64,000 nucleotides of DNA from Azolla caroliniana (Eukaryota > Plantae > Polypodiophyta): contig JBHGNT010000139.1 in NCBI GenBank assembly GCA_043228905.1, positions 1 to 64,000 of the forward strand, in the 5' to 3' direction. Position numbers and translations under genes: made by a program. The notes beneath the pieces were generated by a model. It did no database searches. It was given only the letters and a program-made list of their open reading frames with translations, and was not told where the DNA came from. Positions 37,252 through 51,100 of this stretch are shown piece after piece; position 1 is the stretch's first letter, and every line of letters starts with the position of its first letter.

Positions 37252-37420
37252 TATGTTTGCCATTTTGGCCTCTTAGAAGACGTTAATATCGACCTCTCGT
37301 CTTGTCTCTTTTTAGTTTTACTGTAATTGCTTCACTCTAATGGTAAGTTATTAAGATTGTTAAGACTAGGTCTTGGGTCTAAAACCCAATTATCTCACTT
37401 GTTTATTACTCTATACATAT

Positions 37421-37622
37421 CTCTTAATTTACTAGATGCCATTATGGAATGTAATTCCTCTCTATTACTCCATACATCTCTCTCTCTCTCTCTCTCATTA
37501 TCATGCATGCCTCCCTCCTATGATGACCACTACCCCCACCCCTCTGATTGCCATTGTGATTGTTACTCCTCTTAATTTACTAGATGCCATTATGGAATGT
37601 AATTCCTCCCTATTACTCCATA

Positions 37623-37660
<38 letters not shown>

Positions 37661-37730
37661 TCATGCATGCCTCCCTCCTATGATGACCACTACCCCCACC
37701 CCTCTTATTGCCATTGTGATTGTTACTCCT
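37421..37730. repeat. Direct duplication, 2 x ~150-160 bp with internal (CT)n (copy at 53241-53550)
   Basis: CTCTTAATTTACTAGATGCCATTATGGAATG... at 37421 and 37569. Confidence 0.88.
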
Positions 37731-38090
37731 GGACCGGACTAGCCACTAACACAGCAGGGTATCCTTCCGGATCACTTCACCAAATGGGTGGTTGTGGTAA
37801 GGATTTCCGACTCCGATAGGCTTCAACCGGTTAACGTCCGGTTGAGATCCGATTCACAACACACAGTGTTACACGCGTAAGATCAATACATTAAACACAT
37901 GATGGAATAAAGATCAGATAGACAATAATAACACGCTCTTATATTAATTTTCCATCGTTCATATAATGATATCCGGATCCTTTTATAAGCATCCAATCTG
38001 TGCTACAAAACGGTGCCTAACCGGCAACCGTCTATGAATCGGTCCGGATTCGAATCGACATACCTCTTCTAGATCCGTCCGTTCCTAACA
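37731..38090 (-). mobile_element. Probable partial LTR of a further family (copy at 53551-53910)
   Basis: Ends ...GTTCCTAACA (TGTTAGG on minus) and has a minus-strand TATAAAAAGG. The other terminus is not seen. Confidence 0.45.
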
Positions 38091-38273
38091 TAATTCATAG
38101 TTATATAATTATATCTCTAGGAACCAGCTCGCCTCTTCCTCCTTCCATACTTGGCAGCCACTGACCAACAATGACACGTCATGGCGCGCGTTGGCATTGG
38201 AAGTTGCCAGTTTATGTATTATATTTATTATAACTCCTCATAGCTAATCTAGGCTATGAACATCATATCACGA

Positions 38274-38999
38274 TGTCGTGAGGGATTCCCGCCATGGTGA
38301 GAAAGGGGAGTCGGACGCACTGTCGTGTTATTCTGCATGCACGGGAGAAGCCAAGGCAGGACCGCAGGGGTCTTGAACCAAGGAATAGCCGCACAAAGGG
38401 AGGAGCACTACGAAACCATGGCCGAGCCGAGCACACAGAAACACAGGGAACTCACAAACAAGGTCGAACAATGAATAAGGAAAATGCATATATATCTATA
38501 TATATATATATATATCTATGTGACCAAAATTACAATCAGCTAGCCAGTAAGTGCCAAATCGCTAACACTAACTCACACAACGCACGCGACAACAAGAGAT
38601 GGAGCCTCTGTTGGAAGCGCTCGGGCTTTCCACAAAAACAGAGGCAACCTCCCAACCTGCAGAGAACGATCCCAAAAAACGATAGAGGAGAAGAGCTCGG
38701 TTTCAGTCCGACAGCACTTAGTCCTAAAAAACGCGATCCCTCTCTCAGTCTTCTCCTCTCCCTTTTATAGGCCCCCGGGGTCAGACCGTTATACCATGGT
38801 TACATCATCTTTATTTCTGTCACTTCAGACAAAGATACACTACGATTTCCCAAACAATAAATGCGTACTACCTAGTATCCTCACGTCAAATGAATTGCTC
38901 CTAAATATGTACAAGTTATTAAATAACGTGCCCGCACGTAAGGGCCAATTCATGCACATATTTCCCTGATTCCTCCTAGGGGTGGTTTTCTCCACGACA
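38274..38999 (-). repeat. 3' LTR of the gypsy element (726 bp)
   Basis: 7-bp inverted termini TGTCGTG/CACGACA next to the polypurine tract. Confidence 0.85.
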
Positions 39000-41046
39000 T
39001 CCACCCCCACCTAACCGCGCAACCACCAGTATGCGCCAAAATAGACTTCTGCCGGAGAAGACCGGCCCGCACTCATCTTTCATTCTCCGGATCGCCATCC
39101 GCTCCGAACCGATTGTCGTCGCTATCCATGTCCTCTGGGTTCGGTTCATCCTCGTGCCGCTTCTTGAACTCTTTGATCCTCTTCCCGGCCATCGGCACAA
39201 CTATTCTCGTTCCGTCGAGCTCCACGAGATGGTAGGTGTCGTTGTCATTGGCGCTTGTCACCGCGTAAGGCCCGAACCACCTCCTCGCAAATTTTCGCAC
39301 CGCTTTGTGCTGATTGTCGAGGTTGTTGTCGTATACCAGCATGCAATCGCCTTCCTCAATGTTCTTCGGTCGGAGCCGGTGTGTCCGGTCGAACCGGCCC
39401 TTCTTCCTTTCCCGTGTCGTTCGCAGCTTCTCCCTTGCTCGCTCCACGTCCTCCGTCTCCGTTCAAGTTGTCGGATCCCCGCCGCCAACAGCTCCTCCCG
39501 GCTCATTTTGTTCCTCCAATCCACCGCAGCCCACGAAGTGATTGCCCGCTCCGCCGGCATAATCGGTTTTTGCATGTACATCAACTCCGCCGGCATGAAC
39601 CCGATCACTGAATTCCGGTCCGCCCACAACACATAAGGTAGAAGCCGCGGCCAATTCCCGACCTGTCCTTCACACGCTCACACCAACGCCTTCACGATTG
39701 GGTCGTGCCCTCGTTCTACCTTCCCGTTTGCTTCCAGGTTGTATGCCGTAGTGAGAGAGAGCTTGACCCCTACCTAGTCGAACAACTCTTCAGCTTCCTG
39801 CACGTCCAACTCCCCCAGATCTGCCACGATCTTTCCTACACACCCATACCGGCACACCACTTCCTCAATCCGGAATTGGCACACCGCCGCAGTCGTCTTA
39901 TTCTGCAGTGTGTGGCCCTCCACTTGGTTCTTTAAGTCTTCTCACGCCAGTACCAGGTACCACATCTGTCCTACCCCCATCGGCATCGTCACCAAATCTA
40001 CCATCCACTTGAAATGGCCAGTTGGGGGGTAGGTCAGGTGCAGCTCATCTCGATGCCGGATCGTGGAGTGCATTTGGCAACTCTCGCACGTCGTCACGAA
40101 CCGGTGCACGTCTCGGTATAGCCCCGGCCACCAATACTTCTCCTTTAGCTTCTCGGATGTGGCCCGAGTCCCGTGGTGACCAGCCCAAGGACTCTCGTGG
40201 TATGCCGCGAGTAGCATCTCTTGTTCCTCCTTTCTTGTCACTACTCGTAGTGGGACGCCGCCTCTCTTCTTCAGATTCTTCCACAGGTTCCTGTCCCGCA
40301 GGAAGAACCGGTACGCTTTCTTCCGGACCCAGTTGGCTTCGCCTTTCGTTCAGGCGGCGTCCGACGTCATTATCTTTAGGAATCTACCGATCCTAAGCCA
40401 CTCTCCTTCGTATTCACCCTCGTGAAACTCGTTAAGCGCCGGGGTGCTCCCTACCCTCGTCAGGCAAGCCGACTCGAAGAAGTCCTCGCCGACTTCTTCG
40501 TCCTCCGAAACCATGCCGTCCTCGTTGTCGAACCGCGTTCTCGAAAGCATGTCAGCGATGGCGTTGTCCTTTCAGGAGATGTGCCATATCTCCAGATTCA
40601 GGGACTTGATGTATGCGATCCACCTGAGCATCGCCAGGTCAGGCGTCGCGCATCCGGAAACCATTCCGAGGATCGGTAGGCAGTCCATCCCGATACGATA
40701 ATCTTTGTCGGCCTTGACTACCGAAACAATACCCCAGAGCTCACGCTTAACTTGGGTGTATGCTCGTTGTTGCTCACTGAATACCTTCGCTCCGAACCAG
40801 ATAGGGACCCGTGTGTTGCCCTCGTCTTCTTGATTGATCACCCATCCTATCCCAGTCAGGCTCGTATCTACGGTTACATAGATCCAAACATCCTTGCTGT
40901 AAACCGCTTTACAGAGTGTCGGTGCTCTGGTGAGCGCTTCTTTCAATCTCCGGACCGACTCCGTATGTTCCTTGCCCCAATCAAATTCGCGCCCTTTCTT
41001 TAGCAGCTCGTAGAGCGGTTCCGCGATGTGCGCGTAATGCGGAACC

Positions 41047-44000
41047 TGTTGGGAATATGTCCCTCCTATGGGAGGAAGAACCGACTGATCAGAAAGCCGA
41101 CAATTGATGATAGGGAAGATCCGACTGTTCGGAAAGCCGACAATTGAAGAGTCGAAAACAGTGAGTCGACTGTTTGTGAATTCGACTATTATTATTATGG
41201 TAATAATAATGATGATGTTTGGAAACAAGTCCCTCTAGATGGGAAAGAGAGAGGAGCCAAGTTGATGAGTGACTATAAACTGAAATCGTGTAAATAGCCA
41301 ACTCGGGAGACTATAATTGTAAATAGTCTAAGTGTGCGCCCCATGAGGGTTACATATGTAAATAGCCAGAAAGTTGTGTAAGTATATATACAACTAGGGC
41401 AAACTTATGTGTGGGACGAATAGAGTTAGAACTGTAAAAACAAAATAGAGTGTGTAGAGAGAGAGTGTGTGTGAGAGTGTGAGAGAAGAAGGAAGAGTCG
41501 CGCCATAATTGTGTGTGTAACAGTAGACGCGAAGAGCCCTATGTGGCTGATACACTTGACAGAGTGTTGTAATCTTCTCTGTATTGTATATACACTACAT
41601 TATAGTGATGAATCTGTTCACCTATGGTTTTTCCCCATTTTAGGGTTTCCACGTAAATCTCTGTGTATATTTGTTCATCTTGTTTTTTTTGGTGTATTTC
41701 TGTAATTCGTATTTCAGCATGTAGTTCGTTTATTGTGATCTATTCCGCATCGATTTCTCAACAAACTGGTATTAGAGCTTGAGGTGCAAGCATGGAAGGA
41801 GGTGTTAGCGAATTCCCAGGTATGATAGTTCTAAACTCTCAAAACTATGTAGATTGGAAGATCAAGATGGAAGACCTTCTCATAGTTAAAGATCTGTACG
41901 AGCTAGTCGACAGAGCAGAAATACCCAGGGGGGTATTGGAGTTGGAGTGGAAGCTTCTAAATAGGAAGGCGGTGGCCACAATCCAACAATGTGTCGATAT
42001 AAGTGTCCTTCAGCATGTGGCGAACGACACGAATGCTCACGAGATGTGGCAGAAGCTGTTGGGTTTGTACGAGAGGAAGAACGCGCTCAATAGAACCTCG
42101 CTAATGAGAAAAATCGTAGGGCTGATACCGAGACAGTGAGAGCATCGTCGAACACATCAACACGTTCATGGGGTATGTAAATCAACTTGTTGCGACCAAG
42201 TTTCCCCTGGATGACGCAATGCAGGCCATCCTGCTGATGTGCACACTGCTAGAAAGTTGGGAGAACCTGGTGGTTACTCTCAACACCTCCTGTCAAGAAG
42301 AGAAATTCTCTTTTCAAACGATGAAGACAAGCATCCTGAATGAAGAGGCAAGGAGGAAACACAAAGGAGTCTTGTCCCAAACGGAGTCGAATCTGACTCA
42401 ACATATGGACAGAGGAAGGGACCGGCTAAGAAGAATTCCGCAGCGAACAGACCAATCCCACGCCAGATCGAAGTCCAGAGGTAAGCCTGTGTGCTTCTAT
42501 TGCGGAAAAACCTGGACACTTCCAGAAGGACTGCCGACACATGAAGAAAGATAAGTCTGTCAGAAATAATGTCGAACCCCGGAAGATTCCGGATGAAAAG
42601 AACTCTTCGGCCATTGCTATGAGCAATGAGGAACTTTTGTTCATCTATGAACAGACAAGTGCAAATCTTGCAAGCGAAGAGTGCACTTGGGTGATCGACT
42701 CCGGCGCATCCTTTCACATTACTCCGTCGAGAGAGTACTTCTCGACTTACATAGCCGGGGATCATGGCTATGTAAAGATGGGTGATAGTGGAGAGTGCAA
42801 GATAACTGGAGTCAGAAGTGTGTGCTTAACGACGTCGACAGGGTGTCGACTAACGTTGAAGGATGTTCGACACGTCCCCGATATCAGATTGAATCTAATA
42901 TCGACTGGAAGGCTTGACGACGAAGGCTAAATGGTAGTTTTCATAATGGCAAGTGGAAGTTCTGCCGAGGAAATCTCATAGTGGCCCGAGCACAGAAAGA
43001 AGGCACATTGTACATGATGCATGCCCGACTGTGCAAATCGGAAGTAAACGTGGCAGTCAACTCGGCAGGGGAGATATGGCATAAGAGGCTAGGCCACATG
43101 AGTGAGAAGGGAATGCACATGTTAGCCGACCAGGAACTTCTACCAGTAGTCAAGGGAGTGCACCTGGAGAAGCGTGTCAACTGCTTAGCTAGAAAGCAAA
43201 ACAGGACGACATTCCACACAAGACCACCGAGGAGAAGAGATGTTGCACTCAAACTAGTGCACACGGATGTGTGCTATGCGGATGCTCCATTGCATCAAGG
43301 AGGATAGTACTTTGTAACGTTTATTGACGATTATAGTCAGAAGACATGGGCCTTCATACTAAAGTCGAAGGATCAAGTATTGTCGGTTTTCAAGGAGTTC
43401 CAGGCAAGAACCGAAAGAGAGTCGGTTCGGAAACTGAAGGTTGTCTGAACCGACAACGGTGGCGAGTAAAGAGGGCAGTTCGAGGAATACTGCAAGTGCC
43501 AAGGTATTCGGATCAAATACACACTGCCAAAGACCCCAGACTTGAATGGGCTTGCAAGGAGGATGAATCGAACAATCATGGAGAGAGTAAGGAGCATGCT
43601 CTCTCATGCGAAACTGCCGAAATCCTGTTGGGCTGAGGTGATGTACACATTGTCTATCTGATCAACAAGTCTCCCTCAGTGCCATTAAAGGGTGATGTCC
43701 CATAGAGGGTGTGGACAGGGAAGGATGTCTCCTACCAACACCTGAGGGTGTTTGGATGTTTGGCGTATATGCATGTAGCAAAGGATCAGAGGTCAAAGCT
43801 CGATAGCAAGTCGAAAGCATGCATATTCATGGGATACTCAAAAGATGAGTTCGGCTATAGGTTGTGGGACTTAGTCGACAAGAAGGTAGTGAGAAGTCGG
43901 GATGTTGTCTTTCTAGAAGACAAGACAATTGAAGACTGGAAGCAACACAAGTCGGAACCGACTCCCCAGTCAACCTCGACTACCATCGACTTAAGGCCAA

Positions 44001-46536
44001 GTGTGTCGTCACCGGCAGCTGTAAGGAGACAGCTGGCCGATAGAGCCAAATCCGAGTCGGTTGACTCGGAAAGACCGACAGTCTATGAGTCGGAGTCGAC
44101 AGATCTGCTAAAATCAATTGAGGAATATGAGTTGGAGTTGTCCAACCTGGAGATGCCGATTGATGAGCAGAATCCCATGCAAAGAGAAGAGTTGGCAAAG
44201 GCATCCGGAAAAGAGTCAACAACGAGTGGACGAAGGTACCCACTCAAAGAAAGAAAGGCACCAACCACATATGCCAGTCAATACGTCCTCTTGACTGATG
44301 ACGGTGAGCCGGTGTGCTATGAAGAAGCCACTGCCGACGAGAGTAGAGAAAAATGGTTGAACGTGATGCAAGAGGAGATGGAATCCTTGCACACGAATTA
44401 CACCCACGACCTAGTAGAGCTGCCGAAAGGTAAGAGAGCACTCAAGAATAAATGGGTCTACAAGGTGAAGACTGGAGAAGTCGACAGCGAGCCCAGGTAT
44501 AAAGCCCGCATAGTGGTGAAGGGTTTCCAACATAAGAAGGGCGTCAACTTTGACGAAATATTCGCACCAGTCGTGAAGATGACATCCATACGAATTGTTC
44601 TGATCATAGCGGCCAACATGGATCTGGAGGTCGAACAGTTGGATGTCAAAACCGCATTTCTGCACGGGGAACTAAAGGAAGAAATCTACATGCAACAACC
44701 CAAAGCCTTTGAGGAAAAAGGGAAAGAGAATATGGTGTGTCGACTGAGGAAAAGCTTGTACGGACTGAAACAAGCTCCACGCCAATGGTACAAGAAATTT
44801 GAGTCCTTCATGATGGAACATCAGTTCTAGAAAACACAGGTTGATCACTGTGTGTTCGTCAAAAGGTACGAGGAAGGAGATTTCTTGATTCTCTTGTTAT
44901 ACGTTGATGACATGTTGCAAGGAAGATTGGAAGCTTGAAGAAAGCTCTCGGCAAATCATTTGCCATGAAAGACCTCGGACCAACAAAGCAGATCCTAGGA
45001 ATGCACATAACCCGAGACAGAGCTCGGAAGATGCTATGGTTGTCACAACAGAAGTATGTGATGAAGATCCTAGAGAGGTTCAACATGCCGAATGCAAAGC
45101 CGGTCGGCTCTGTGTTGTCGACAAACTACAGATTAAATGCGAAGCAGTGTCCGAAAGGGCAGAAGGAAAAGGCTGAGATGAAGAAGGTACCATATGCCTT
45201 AGCCGTCGGCAGTCTAATGTATGCTATGGTCTGTACGAGACCGGACATAGCATTTGTTGTAGGAGCAGTAAGCCGATATATGAGTAATCCAGGGAGAGAA
45301 CACAGGGATACTCAGGTACTTAAAGGGCACCTCAGGGGTGTGCCTAAGGTATGGTGTCGGAAAACCTGTGCTGGGAGGTTTTACCGATTCAGACATGCCA
45401 GGAGATGTCGACTCATGTTGATCCACGTAAGGGTACATGATGAACTATGCAGGGGGAGCAATGTTGTGGCAGTCACGACTGCAGAAGTATATGGCAGCAG
45501 TAGAAGCCGGAAAAGAGCTGATCTGGATAAGAAATTTTCTCACAGAATTAGGCATGAAGCAAAAGGAGTTCTTGCTTCATTGTGACAACCAAAGCGCCAT
45601 ACACCTAGCCAAGAACACGACATATCACTCCCAAACCAAGCACATACAGAGAAGGTATCACTGGTTGCGGGAGAGAGTTGAAGAAGGAGAATTTGCTCTT
45701 TAGAAGATCCATACTGACGACAATGAATCCGACATGTTGACGAAGAACCTACCTTTGGACAAACTCAGAGTCTGTCGACAAAATACAGGACTGACAGATT
45801 TCCTTGCACAGGAGTGAAGGGGGAGTTTGTTAGGAATATGTCCCTCTAGTGGGAGGAAGAACCGATTGATCGGAAAACCGACCGTCGATGACAGGGAAGA
45901 TCCGACTGTTCGGAAAGCCAACAGTTGAAGAGTTGAAAACAGTGAGTCGACTGTTTGTGAATTCGACTATTATTATTATGGTAATAATAATGATGATGTT
46001 TGGAAACAAGTCCCTCTAGATGGGAAAGAGAGAGGAGCCGAGTTGATGAGTGACTATAAACCGGAATTGTGTAAATAGCCAACTCGGGAGACTATAATTG
46101 TAAATAGTCTAAGTGTGCACCCCATGAGGCTTATGTATGTAAATAGCCAGAAAGTTGTGTAAGTATATATACAACTAGGGCAAACTTATGTGTGTGACGA
46201 ATAGAGTTAGAACTGTAGAAACAGAATAGAGTGTGTAGAGAGAGAGTGTGTGAGAGAGAAGAAGGAAGAGTCGCGCCATAGCTGTGTGTGTAACAGCAGA
46301 CGCGAAGATCCTTGTGCGGCTGATACACTCGACAAAGTGTTGTAATCTTCTTTGTATTGTATATCCACTATATTATAGTGAAGAATTTGTTCACCCGTGG
46401 TTTTTCCCCGTTTTAGGGTTTCCACGTAAATCTCTGTGTATATTTGTTCATTTTGTCTTTTCTGGTGTATTTCTATAATTCGTATTTCAGCGCATAGTTC
46501 GTTTATTGTGATCTATTCCGCATCGATTTCTCAACA
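41047..46536 (+). mobile_element. Full-length decayed Ty1/copia (copia A) nested in the gypsy pol
   Basis: 5' LTR 41047-41763 and 3' LTR 45828-46536 (TGTT...CAACA). TSD GAACC on both sides. PBS TGGTATTAGAGC at 41767-41778 (tRNA-iMet type, 1 mismatch). PPT GAAGGGGGAG at 45816-45825. Gag (CFYCGK), PR (WVIDSGAS), IN, RT (QLDVKTAFLHG, YVDD) and RH (CDNQSAI, TKHI) are broken by stops. Removal restores gypsy YHIWVPHYA. Confidence 0.96.
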
Positions 46537-47892
46537 GAACCCAGATGTGGTAGAACGCACACGCCCCCAAGAACCTCTGCACCTCTGTTACCGACTTGCA
46601 CTCCTCCTTCATCGCGGAAATGGCTTTGACCTTTGCCGGAGAGGGTTTCCGGCCATAAGGCCCGCACAAGTGTCTGACGACCATGATTTCCGACTTCTCC
46701 CTGGAAAAGGTGAGTCGCGTGCCTTCCAACCTTTGTAGCACCTTGTCATAGTCTGCGATGTGGTCCGAGACGAATTTTTGATACCCGTCCGGTCTAACCG
46801 TTTCGTCCTTATCCTCCACCGGACATCCCTTGATCGGGATGTCATCCAAGAACGACATGGTGATGTTTGGGATGCAGTCCCTCAGCACTTTGTTCATTGC
46901 ATTCACCATGTGCACCACTGAGTTTGTCCCTCCTTGCGGCAGGGTACACATCTGCACTAAGCCGAAAGGAGTCCGCATTGTCGTAATATCCCTACTCTCT
47001 ACAACTAGTTAGAATAGGTCGTACCCCGAGTACAAATCCCCGATTGAGCAAATTGACCTTCCGGCAAAGGCCTCTGCGAACTCGTCAATGGTCGGTCCAA
47101 TTCTTGTGTTCCAAATGGTCACCCTGTTGACCAGCTGCAGGTCCTGAATAAAGCGCAACGTGCCGTTCTTCTTTGGCACGATAAACCACCGATTCGAGTA
47201 TGGGTCACTCAACGGTTCGAGGACGCCCATCTACACCTTCTGCTTCAGTAGCTCCATCAACTTCGGGATGTGGGCTCTAGGCACCGGAATCGGCTTGAGA
47301 TTCCACGGTACATGTGGTACTGTGAAGATCACCATTGGTTCCATGATTATCGGGTCTATGCATCTGATCTCCCCCGGTGTGAATGCGAAGGCCCTCCCGT
47401 GCCTTTCAAGCATTCCCCGAAACCGGTCCTCCTCCACCGGCAGTAGAAAGCCACCCCCACCGACCTTGAGCTCTCGTAGCATTACGTCAGTGAACCGGTG
47501 TCCTATGTCGGTCGGATCTCGTAAACTTGGGTCCGACGCAACCCCTTTCATTCGCAACTCACTGCCCTTCGGCAAGGGTGCCGCAACTGGCCTCACCTTC
47601 CGTTCCACGGTCTCATACTTCGTATGCACATGGGCCATCCGATCCAACTCGACCCTCTCCCCGAAGTCGGCGATAACTTCATACATCATTCCTAAACTAA
47701 CCGGAATCGTCTGGTCTGTGTTGAGGCCTTCTTCGAACACCTTCTTTAACTCCCCCAAGGTGTCATTGAAAGAGACCGCCTCCACGACTCCACCAATCTC
47801 ATCATCGGGGCCCAGGACTCTGCACGCCTTGAGTCGTCCCTCCGCCCGTTTCTTCTCCCGGCCGCTAATGCCGGTCATCGTACAATCTCCGC

Positions 47893-48098
47893 TGTCAGAG
47901 AACCAAAATTTCTTGTCTATAGTATAGGGCTTCCTGTCGAATACATGTGTATAATGGACGTATTCACACTATCTCGTCTTGGCCATTTATGTAATTAGCA
48001 TAAAGGGTAGTTGCCCTAAGTCGGTCACTATATATATTGACCTTGTAACCTTTTTGTAAGGTTGGCTGTTGTATTATTGCTTTGGGAAATAGAAAGTT

Positions 48099-48139
<41 letters not shown>

Positions 48140-51100
48140 AACGACCTACATTCTGTCATACGCAGGAGAAGAACAGAACTGAATGCTTCAAGATCTTCCG
48201 CATTGACGACCTCGCTTCCAACATCTGGTATCAGAGCCTGCACAGTAGTCGGTCCCTCAATCCGCTGTCGGCCGTCGTCTCAGCATTCGGTTTCCTGCGT
48301 CATTCGAAGAAGAGAGAGGAAGAAGAAAAAAAAAAAAACCAGGTTTGCATCTCATCGCGTTAGATCATCTTTGTTTGGAGTAAGCCAGCAGGCTGTACTC
48401 CGTTCCTTGTGATTGTAACCGCTCGAGGTGAAATCCCCTCGTGCAACATTGACACGATTCGTGCTCCATTCGGTTAAACGGCATCCGAAGAGGTCATCAA
48501 ACGCCGCTCGCTGTAACCACTCGGTGCAGATCGGTCTCAAGACAACAACCCCAAATTCGTGCTTCATCAGGCTGATCGACATTCGAGAGGATCAGTTAGA
48601 TCCATCTCTCTCGTTGCTGCAGTCACCCGAAGCAGAATCGGTCCAGATAATCGGTTTTAATAATCGGTATTCGGCATATATATCCGAAGCGAACCGGGCT
48701 CACTCCGACTCGGCAACATTCGGGAAGACCAGTCGGCTCTGTCCCTCAAGCTACCGAAGTCAATTCGAGCAAGTTCCGAAGCCGAACCGACTCGGGTTCA
48801 AACCCGACTAGAACAATATCGGGTGAGCCAACCGGCTGCACTCCAACAAGGTCCGTAGTCAACTCCGAACCGAGCTTCGTTAACCAAAACCGAATTTGAT
48901 GGCATCAACATCCGGCTCGTCAGAAATGAGTCTACGAAAGTTCGATGGATCGAACTTCAACTTCTGGAAGGAACAAATGCAAGACTATCTCATAGTCAAG
49001 GGGCAAATCGATCCCATCGAAAATGAAGAACCTCCAGAAGGATACAAACCAATTGAGTGGCAGAAGCTGGACAGAATCGTCCGCGCCACGATTCGGATGC
49101 ACCTATCGGAATCGGTATACTTTACGGTGCAATCGTGTACGACAGCATTTGAACTGTGGAAAACACTGTCGGACACTTACGAAAAGAAGGTCGCCGCAAC
49201 AAAGATGTTTCTGATCCGGCGCCTCTACAACTTGCGGATGAAAGAATCCGACTCGGTTCAAGCACACCTCAATGAGTACGAAAGCATAAGCTCCCAAATC
49301 TCGTCACAGGGGACGGCAATCGAGGATGAACTCAGAGCAATGATACTCATGAGCAGCCTTCCCTCATCATGGGAAACTTTCGTCACAACCGTGTGCAACG
49401 CGTCAACCACGGCTGTTAAATACTCCGAAGTCACGAGGGCAATCCTGACCGAAGCAGCTCGGAGAAAGTCTTTCGCCAAAGACTCAACAGACGACGCTTA
49501 CGTAGTACAAGGTTCGACAGACCGATCGAACATACGAGGAAGAGATTCCTCACGGCCGCCGAACAATCAGCGAAGACGGAGCCAGTCACGGGATAACCGA
49601 ATCTGCAACTACTGCAAGAAACCCGGACACATCAAAGCCGACTGCCGCGCACTCAAGAACAAGAACAACAAGAAGAGTGGCCGGCATGAGGAGATCAATT
49701 ACGTCGGCTTCTCAGCTGATGTGCTACCAGACGACCCGAACATACTATCAATCGAAAATCCAGTTGGCTCAGAAGTTCTGCTCACGACTGAAGAATCGAG
49801 CACATGGCTCTTGGATTCGGGCGCGTCGTTTCACGTGACTCCTCATCGATCCCAATTTCGGCAATACACGATCCGTCACTCCGACTCAGTTCGGGTCGGT
49901 AACTCGCAACACTGTGACATCATCGGAATCGGCACAGTAGAGCTCAACCTTGCAGGTGGCTCTACACTTGTACTCCACAATGTCCGACATGTACCCGAGT
50001 TCTCACGGCCATTGATCTCAGTCGGACAACTAGATGAAGACGGCATTCGTGCCGGTTTTTCTTCGGGAGGGTGGACACTCCACAGGGGGAACCTCCTGCT
50101 TGCTAGAGGACCCAAGATACACTCCCTGTATCCGTTACATGTTACGCTCAGAGAGGGTAACCTGTTTTTGGTGGATATTCCTGTGTCATCACTATGGCAC
50201 CGAAGATTAGGACACCTCAGCAAGGCCGGCATCACGCACCTATCTAGAGCCGGATACATCCCCAAACTCTCCTTCTCCGACCATCAATTCTGCGAGCATT
50301 GCCAGTATGGCAAACAAGCAGCCACATCACACCCGACATCAGCACCAAGAGAATCGAGACCTCTCGATTTGGTCCACTCGGACGTCTGTGGCCCAATGCC
50401 GCATCAGTCTCTCGGTGGTGCCTCTTACTTCGTCACTTTTATTGACGATTCGACTCGAAAGGTGTGGGCTTATCCAATTCGCACCAAAGATCGGGTCTTC
50501 TCGATCTTCACCGATTGGCTCGCTATGGTAGAAAATCAAACCGACCGAAAGCTGAAATGCCTTCGGACAGACAATGGGGGAGAGTTTAAATCTGAAGAAT
50601 TCGTCAAATTCTGCCGACAACGCGGCATCCGACGAGAATTTACGGCACCACACAGTCCGGAGCAAAACGGGATTGCCGAACGCATGAATCGGACAATCCA
50701 AGAACGGACAGTTTCCATGCTCCAACACTCCGGACTGTCGGATGGCTTCTGGGCAGAGGCTCTACTCACGGCAGTACACATAATCAATATGTCGCCAAGT
50801 AGACCTCTAGGACTTCAAATTCCTCAGGAACTATGGATCGGCAGTAAGCCGAATTACGACAAGCTGAGGATCTTCGGATGCGAGGCGTACACCCTTATTC
50901 CGAAAGATGATCGCCGAAAACTTGCACCTCGGTCCAGGAAATGCATTTTCCTTGGATATGGATCCAACGGCGAAATGGGATACCGACTCTGGGACCCCGA
51001 ACGCAGACAAATCGTTCGAAGTTCGGACGTTGTGTTCAACGAGTCGGCCATGAATCCATCAGTCGAAAAACCGATCGAAGTCCGAAGGGTAACCTTTTCC

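Larger units (their letters stand above)
38274..47892 (-). mobile_element. Ty3/gypsy retrotransposon (3' LTR + pol), interrupted by two copia insertions
   Basis: LTR TGTCGTG...CACGACA at 38274-38999, with adjacent PPT (GGTGGGGGTGGA on minus, 39000-39011). Domain order on minus: RT (PYSNRWFIVPKKNGTLRFIQDL, DLYSGY, LPQGGTNS, FLDD), RNase H (VTVDTSLTGIGW, YTQVKRELWGI), integrase (HES.WAGH..C..C, WMVDLV), WFGPY. Stops and frameshifts present. Confidence 0.93.

Noticed and set aside
38294-38770. 158-aa ORF inside the gypsy LTR
   Set aside because: It spans a (TA)n tract and has no recognisable domain; likely spurious.
40572-41228. 218-aa minus ORF with an Ile-rich hydrophobic N-terminus (env- or signal-peptide-like)
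   Set aside because: It is a chimera of the antisense copia A LTR (ATT repeats) reading into gypsy RNase H across the insertion site.
47160-47927. 255-aa + strand ORF, plus 39031-39636 and their duplicates
   Set aside because: Antisense shadows of GC-rich gypsy pol coding sequence.
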